Source: Octopus vulgaris (Eukaryota). From it: DNA of 64,000 nt. The notes under the pieces are model-generated. The model made no database searches. It saw only the letters and a program-made list of their open reading frames with translations, and was not told the origin of the DNA. The stretch's first letter is position 1. Each line of letters opens with the position of its first letter. Shown piece by piece: positions 57,230-64,000 of this stretch. The stretch spans positions 59,644,001 through 59,708,000 of the forward strand of contig OX597825.1 in NCBI GenBank assembly GCA_951406725.2. The letters are read 5' to 3'. The translations under genes and the position numbers were made by a program.

Positions 57230-57436
57230 TCCTTCCTTCCTTCTGCTTTTCCATTTCTTTCTTTCCTTCTTCCTTTCTTTCTTTCCTTCCTTCCATTTCT
57301 TTCTTTCTTTCCTTCCTTACTTCCATTTCTTTCTTTCCTTCTTCCTTTCTTTCCATCCTTCTTTCTTTCCGTCCTTCCTTTCTTCTCTTTTCTTCCCATT
57401 TATTTCTGTATTTCCTTCTTTACTTCCTTCTTTCTC

Positions 57437-57484
<48 letters not shown>

Positions 57485-57542
57485 TCCCTTTTTCTTCTAA
57501 TTCGTTCTTTCTTTCTTTCTTTCTTTCTTTAATTCGTTCTTT

Positions 57543-57589
<47 letters not shown>

Positions 57590-57625
57590 CTCTTTCTTTC
57601 TTTCTTTCTTTCTTTCTTCTTTTCT
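57086..57625. repeat. (TTTC)n-based polypyrimidine tract
   Basis: Direct reading of the sequence. Confidence 0.97.
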
Positions 57626-58236
57626 TCCTGCGTCCACTATCTCACTCTCGTCTCTCTCCCTCCTCCTTCGAAGGATGTGCTTCAGACCAACGAAATGCGT
57701 AGCTGGAATATTCATTGATTATTGTCGATTTGCTCGATCAGAATTGATTTGGAACATAACAAAAACAACAACAACAACAACAGCAACAACAACAACCACA
57801 GCAACAATGAAGTTGTAGCTAACAGTGTGCTAACCATTCCAATGTGTTATAGCCAAATACTAACAGATAAGAAGCACAATTAGAATAAAAGTCTTTTGCC
57901 ATAGACACAGCTTAGCACTGGTGTCAGTATCTCCAGCTTTGCTCCTCCGTCTGGTCGAATGAGTTATTAAAATAGCGTGGCCAAAATTGGCTTTGTGTGC
58001 TTAATAAGTGAAAGAATTTTAATATATATTTGTGTTTAACGCCAACCATGTAAACAAACTTATAATAGTCTTCTTCAATAAGCATTGTTTTTTAGTCTAC
58101 AGCACGAAAGTATTTTGATTATATATTTTAAATTATATCAGTCTAACAATTTATTTGTTTGCTTTTCAAATATTGAATTACATATCTCTCTCTCTTTCTC
58201 TCTCTCTCTCTCTTTTTCTCTCTCTCTCTCTCTTTT

Positions 58237-58294
<58 letters not shown>

Positions 58295-58482
58295 GTTGAA
58301 ATTTACTAAAAACAAAAGACGAAGACACGTGCGTAAACAACAAACAGATGTATTAGTTTAGCGTTCAGGAAGGTGAGAAGGTCTTTTAAGTTTCAAACCT
58401 ACGCTCTTCAAAAGAATGGAATCCGAGAAAATAAACAGAGAGAATAAAAAAGAAAGCTTTAGTAGCTAGCGGTCAATCACTG
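58295..58482 (-). mobile_element. Second, more decayed copy of the 49146-49327 element
   Basis: Shares ACAACAAACAGATGTATT.GTTTA.CG.TC.GGAAG and CCTACGCTCTTC, and abuts (TA)n at the same end. Confidence 0.75.
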
Positions 58483-59264
58483 TACGTGTATATATACACA
58501 CACACACATATATATTCCAGCATGGCTGCAGTCAAATGACTGAAACAAGTAAAAGAATAAAAGACAGCACACACACACACACACACGCACGCACACACAC
58601 ACACACACAAACACTTCTTGTTTGTATATAATAAAAACAGGAAGTATGAAAATGTTTTTGGTATCATTTATTTGCTATGACATGTATGTGTTTCATTTGT
58701 TAGTAAGAAGCACCAAGTTGTACATGTTGGACAATATGTAAGGAATTTCCTGTGAGAAATTCTTCAGAGAGAGAAAGAGAGAGAGAGAGAGATAGAGAGA
58801 GAGTTAGAAAGTGGTGAGAGAGAGGGGACAGAATACTACAGGAGATATTAATATTTTTATTTTGGTTGAGTCAGTCTCTTACAAGTCTGAGTTTCACCTA
58901 TAGGTGCAGATGATCTTCAGACAAGTTATGACTGAAAATTGATGGTATTTGCGCGTCTATGCCATAGGATATGTGTTGCAGAGAAAACATGGTAAAGGGA
59001 AGGAAATGAAGAAACAAAAGTAAGACAAAGAAAGAGGAAAATTAAAGAGAACAAAAAAGAAGAAAATGAAAATGAAAATTTGAAAGAAACGAAAGAGCAA
59101 AAAGAAACAGAAGAGGGAACAGAGGAAAAAGAAGAAAGAAAGAGTAAGAGGAGGAAGCGCAATTGAAGGCAGTTTATTTATAAGAAAGAACGAACTAGGA
59201 TGGGGTTCTAATAGAATGGTCAAAGAATGCAATGGAGAAATTCAAATTGAAAATATTGCATATC

Positions 59265-59267
<3 letters not shown>

Positions 59268-59354
<87 letters not shown>

Positions 59355-59371
59355 GTCTGTCTATCTATCTA

Positions 59372-59402
<31 letters not shown>

Positions 59403-59451
59403 GTCTGTCTGTCTGTCTGTCTATCTGTCTATCTATCAATCGGTCTGGCTG

Positions 59452-59544
<93 letters not shown>

Positions 59545-59695
59545 ATATTTATCTATCTATCTGTCTGTCTATCTATCTATCTGTCTGTCTGTCTATCTAT
59601 CTATCAATCTGTCTGGCTGTCTGACTGTATGTCTGTCTATCTATCAATCGGTCTGGCTGTCTGACTGTCTGTCTGTCTCTCTGTCTGTCTGTCTC

Positions 59696-59764
<69 letters not shown>

Positions 59765-59773
59765 TTATCTATC
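59268..59773. repeat. (TATC)n/(TGTC)n compound microsatellite
   Basis: Direct reading of the sequence. Confidence 0.97.
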
Positions 59774-60158
59774 TGTGTTTGTGTGTGTGTGTGTGTGTGT
59801 TACTGACTCAAATACACACAGATGTACATACTAATGTTAAAATGTTTTGCAGTAACAGAGCGAGAAAGAGAAGGTAATTTTCAGGATCTTTTGGGATCTA
59901 AATATCCTTCAGCAAATTCAGTACTGTCATAGATGCTCCGTATATTTATGAAGGATGTCGAGGATTCGGTCATTCAGGATTTTAATAATGGCTCTAATAT
60001 TGCTTGCGTTTTCAACCAGAGTCGACAGGAGAAGTAGTTTGCAGCATCAACAGCTGCAGCTACAGTAGCAATGAACCACAGCAGCGACAACAATGATGAT
60101 GACAACAACAACGACACCAATTACATAGTGAACACCAACGACAACGACAACAACTGCA

Positions 60159-60320
60159 GTGGAGACGCAATGGCCCAGTGATTAGGGTAGCTGACTCGCG
60201 GTCGTAAGAACGCGGTTTCGATTCCCAGACCGGGCATTGTGAGTGTTTATTGAGCAAAGACACCTAAGCTCCACGAGGCTTTTCACCACAAATTTCTTTC
60301 ACACTTTCTTCCTACTTCTG
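60159..60320 (+). mobile_element. Family R SINE head (internal deletion); may continue into a third tail type to about 60540
   Basis: GTGGAGACGCAATGGCCCAGTG..GGTTTCGATTCCCAGACCGGGC..AAGCTCCACGAGGCT. Confidence 0.85.
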
Positions 60321-60588
60321 CCACAAAGCAGAGGAACCATGGTGTGGTAAACTTTCAGACCTTAGTCTAGATTACTAATCCTCTGTACCCCAGGATGGTT
60401 CAGCTCTCCACCCGTTAAAAGCCACCATTTACGGAATGAAGATAACAACGTAGCTTTCGTGCCCGTGCAACTGCCAGTCTATCGTGTGTGGTGGGTGGAT
60501 CTTCAAGTTGCCGCACGCATTCTTAGTAGCTTAGAGTAGGCTCGAATTAGAGATTATTCTTTGTGGCTAATGATGTGAGTCCTGATTG

Positions 60589-60627
<39 letters not shown>

Positions 60628-60672
60628 TAATAATGATAATAACAATAATAATAATAATAATAATTATAATAA
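60589..60672. repeat. (TAA)n tract at the LINE 5' junction
   Basis: Direct reading of the sequence. Confidence 0.95.
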
Positions 60673-63600
60673 GAGAACACCGGGGGACGTTTAAGGAGAG
60701 AACACCGGGGGACGTTTAAGATGTAAGAAGGAAAATACAGAGCTCCGAAATCTATCCACAAACATCGAAAACAAGGACATCCTATGGAGCCAAAGATTTA
60801 CTAACAAAGAATTGGACTGTATCCGAGTAAGTAATACTAATTGAAATTTATTACTATTTTCGAAACGAAATGATGTATTTTGACTCGATATCATCTCCAC
60901 CTCTAACACAACACATGTAAACATGCGTGGAACATCACGATCATCCCCGACCCCAAACACCATGTACAAAGGAACTACGAAGAAATTAAATGCCACCGAT
61001 ACTATTCAACCCAAGAATAACAATCGAGCGGTACGTACATTAAACTTACAACAAAAAATGTACGAAAAACTACATGTGCGAAATAATGTGACAACAGAAA
61101 TAAACGGACCGGTGCCCTACGAAAATGACGACCGTCAAAATAATGGGCCGGACGTTGTACCTCATGTGCCGCAAATAAAACCCAAAAGACGTAAATGGAC
61201 ACGTGAGGAATACATTTCTATCTTACACGCATACTTCACAGCAGTGCTCTACCCAAAAAATGAAAATACAACAACACATACATATAAAATATGGAAGGAA
61301 AACAATAGAGATATAGACTTGGATACAGCAATGAACCCTAATAAATTAGCTAACGTACGAAGATACATTCTCAAAGCCAAAAAAATATCAGAAATAGAAA
61401 TAGAACATTTAAAAGAAAAAATACACCAGAAAAATGTAGATAGAAGCCACACAACAATGCCCAATAATATAAACACTGAAACTGTAAAACACGAAGACAA
61501 ACGCAACATTCCCAACAAACACGATGTAAACAACGAAGGGGAGCCTAATGATTATGATAATATAAAAAATAAAATAATCAAAGAACTGAAAACCACAGAG
61601 CTCAAAATGGACCACCGACCATACCTCCCAAGAATCAAAATAAACGAAATAACAACACCAATTATAAACAGCATAAACCTAGCCGTCACTGAACTAATAG
61701 CCACTGAAACAAAAAAAAGTGATATCACTGAGCTAAATGACTTAATATACGCAGCAGCCAATGCAGCCACAAAAGAAGCTGGATACTCACCCAGACCCGC
61801 CCAAACAGGAGTACCACCACCCAAACAAACCCTGTGGATAAATAACATCCAAAACAAAATTTAAAAAAATTAGAAAAGACCTGTCGATTCTTAATGAAAT
61901 CAGCAAACAATCAACGCTACTGAGCAACAAAAAGAGAACAAAAATACTCCGCAAATATAACATCATAGAAAAAGATTTACCGGAGATAAAAGAAAAGCTG
62001 AAGCAAGATATCCTTGCCAAAGCTCAAGGGATCCGCCGGTACGAGAAACGCCAACGCTTCTTTGAACAAAACAAAAAGTTCAACTCCAACCACAAAAAGT
62101 TCTACCAAGAACTGGGCAAAAGTAAAATAAAAGTCACTGCAGCACCAACGGCAGAAGAATTGGAAGAATTCTGGAGAGAAATATGGTCGGCGAACGAACA
62201 GCCAAAAAAAAGGAGTATCAAAATAATAAACTCGGCATATGAACAACTTTGGACCCCCATAACAACTGAAGAGGTCACCCAGGCACTGCAAAAACTAAGC
62301 AACTGGAAGGCACCTGGGCATGACAAGATCCCCAACTTCTGGTTGAAATATCTAACAGGAATGCACAAAAAGCTAGCTGAAAATTTTAACAACATACTAG
62401 CAGAGCCAGAGACAATGCCTGAATGGCTCACGAAGGGGAAAACCAACTTAATTCCCAAATCAAATGAAACAGCAAAACCAGAAAACTACAGACCAATAAC
62501 CTGCCTCCCTACTATGTTCAAGGCATTTATTGCAGTGATATCGCAAAGGCTGGACGAAAACAAAGCACCTGGACGAAAACAAACTGTTCCCTGAAGAGCA
62601 GAAAGGATGCCGCAAAGACTCATATGGCTGTAAAGATCAACTAATGATTAATAAAGCCATAACTGAAGACAGCCACAGAAAGAAGAAAGGCCTCAATATG
62701 GCCTGGATTGACTACAAAAAGGCGTTTGATAGCATTCCCCACACATGGATCCTCGAAACACTAGCCATTAACAAAGTAGCACCAACAATCATAAAATTCA
62801 TAGAGCACTCTATGAATAAATGGCAAACAGTCCTACACCTCCAAACAAAAGAGGGACTCATGAAAACCAAAGACATCCCCATTAGAAGAGGAATATTCCA
62901 GGGAGACACGCTCTCTCCACTCCTTTTCTGCTTGGCATTGTCACCTCTATCTGATATGCTAAATAGAACTGGATGCGGATATAAATGTTACGGCAAAACG
63001 ATCAGCCACCTTTTATATATGGATGACCTAAAACTATACGCTGCAAATGACAAACAGCTGGAAACACTATTAAAGACAGTTCATGGATTTACCAAAGAAA
63101 TATATATGAAATTTGGATTAGAAAAATGCGCCAAAGTAACCATGAAAAGAGGAAAACTAGTTAAGAGTAACAACATCACACTAGATAAAACCAATGAAAT
63201 AAAAGAATTAGACCAAAGCCAAACTTACAAATACTTAGGAATCCATGAACTAGATGAGACACAACACACACAAATGAAAGAGAAAATAAAAAAAGAATAT
63301 TATAGACGAGTTAGATCAATACTAAAAACAGAGCTCAATGCTAAAAACAAGATAATAGGTATCAACACTTTAGCTGTCCCAGTTATAAGTTACAGCTACA
63401 ATATCCTTAACTGGACACGAAATGAACTGTCCAAAATAGATAGGAAAACAAGAAAAATAATGACAGGATCTAGGATGCATCACCCAAAATCTGACATAGA
63501 AAGACTATATATACAACGTATAGAAGGTGGTAGAGGCCTTATACAGCTGGAAAACTACTATAAAATAACCACCATAGGACTGCAAAAATATCTACTTCAG

Positions 63601-64000
63601 AAGGAAGGAAAACTGATCCAGATAGCGGCAAAACACGAGCAAAACAAAAAACTGTTCTCAGTATTTAAGGAAGCTGACAAATACAAACAAGAAATCATAC
63701 CACCTAATAAACATGAAGAAACAACAAAAGCTATAAAACAAATGAAATCCAAACTAAAAATAGAACAGCAACGAACCATGATAGAACGATGGCAAGAAAA
63801 GCCCCTTCATGGTAAATACTGGACTAAACTAAACGCAAAAGAAATAGACAAAGAAAAATCCCAGCAATGGTTGAGAAGCTCAGGACTCAAAGCGGAAACA
63901 GAGGGATTTTTAATTGCAGCACAAGACCAAAGCCTCCCCACCAGAAATTACCAAAAACATGTAATGAAAAGAAATATTACAAGTAACTGCAGAATATGTG
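60672..64000 (+). mobile_element. Young R4/Dong-clade non-LTR retrotransposon, 5' end present, continuing past the window
   Basis: Single-ORF architecture with a Myb-like KRRKWTREE N-terminus, RT and the start of a zinc knuckle. It is inserted in (TAA)n, the known Dong target. Confidence 0.93.
60923..64000 (+). pseudogene. Disrupted LINE polyprotein ORF (segments 60923-61864, about 61869-62568, and 62569-end)
   Basis: NWKAPGHD, NYRPITCLPT, PEEQKGC, WIDYKKAFDSIPH, GIFQGDTLSPLLF, YMDD (63016-63027), YKYLG, GGRGL, AAQDQSL, CRIC. Frameshifts at the A-run near 61862-61869 and at a 15-bp duplication CTGGACGAAAACAAA (62550/62569). The last segment is open to 64000. Confidence 0.92.

Noticed and set aside
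61855-61875. Programmed ribosomal frameshift in the LINE ORF
   Set aside because: It needs a +1 shift at an A-run beside a stop, and R4 elements have a single ORF. A mutation or homopolymer error is simpler.

Overview
AT-rich eukaryotic DNA with no recognisable host gene. The window is a mosaic of microsatellites ((TA)n, (CA)n, (TACA)n, (TATC)n, (TTTC)n, (TAA)n) and transposon remains. The tRNA-derived and CORE-type SINE families and the repeat landscape look like an Octopus/coleoid cephalopod genome; this is my inference from recognition, not a database result. Mobile elements I can support: a young, near-full-length R4/Dong-clade LINE inserted in a (TAA)n tract (60.67 kb to the window end, two frameshifts); an older R4 endonuclease fragment; a decayed Penelope-like element (RT plus C-terminal GIY-YIG); an RTE RT remnant; several mariner/Tc1 remnants; and many copies of about five SINE families. 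The most interesting signal is a set of short islands in or beside (TA)n/(CA)n tracts that carry hammerhead-ribozyme motifs. One looks intact at 41584-41676, a two-copy family has a variant core (49.2 and 58.4 kb), and several others are degenerate. Together they suggest microsatellite-targeted Penelope pLTR/retrozyme-like elements. The window also has several strong fold-back structures: a 175-bp inverted repeat, a perfect 29-bp hairpin, a nested inverted SINE and a mariner foldback. All alignments and folds were done by eye, so boundaries of decayed elements are approximate.
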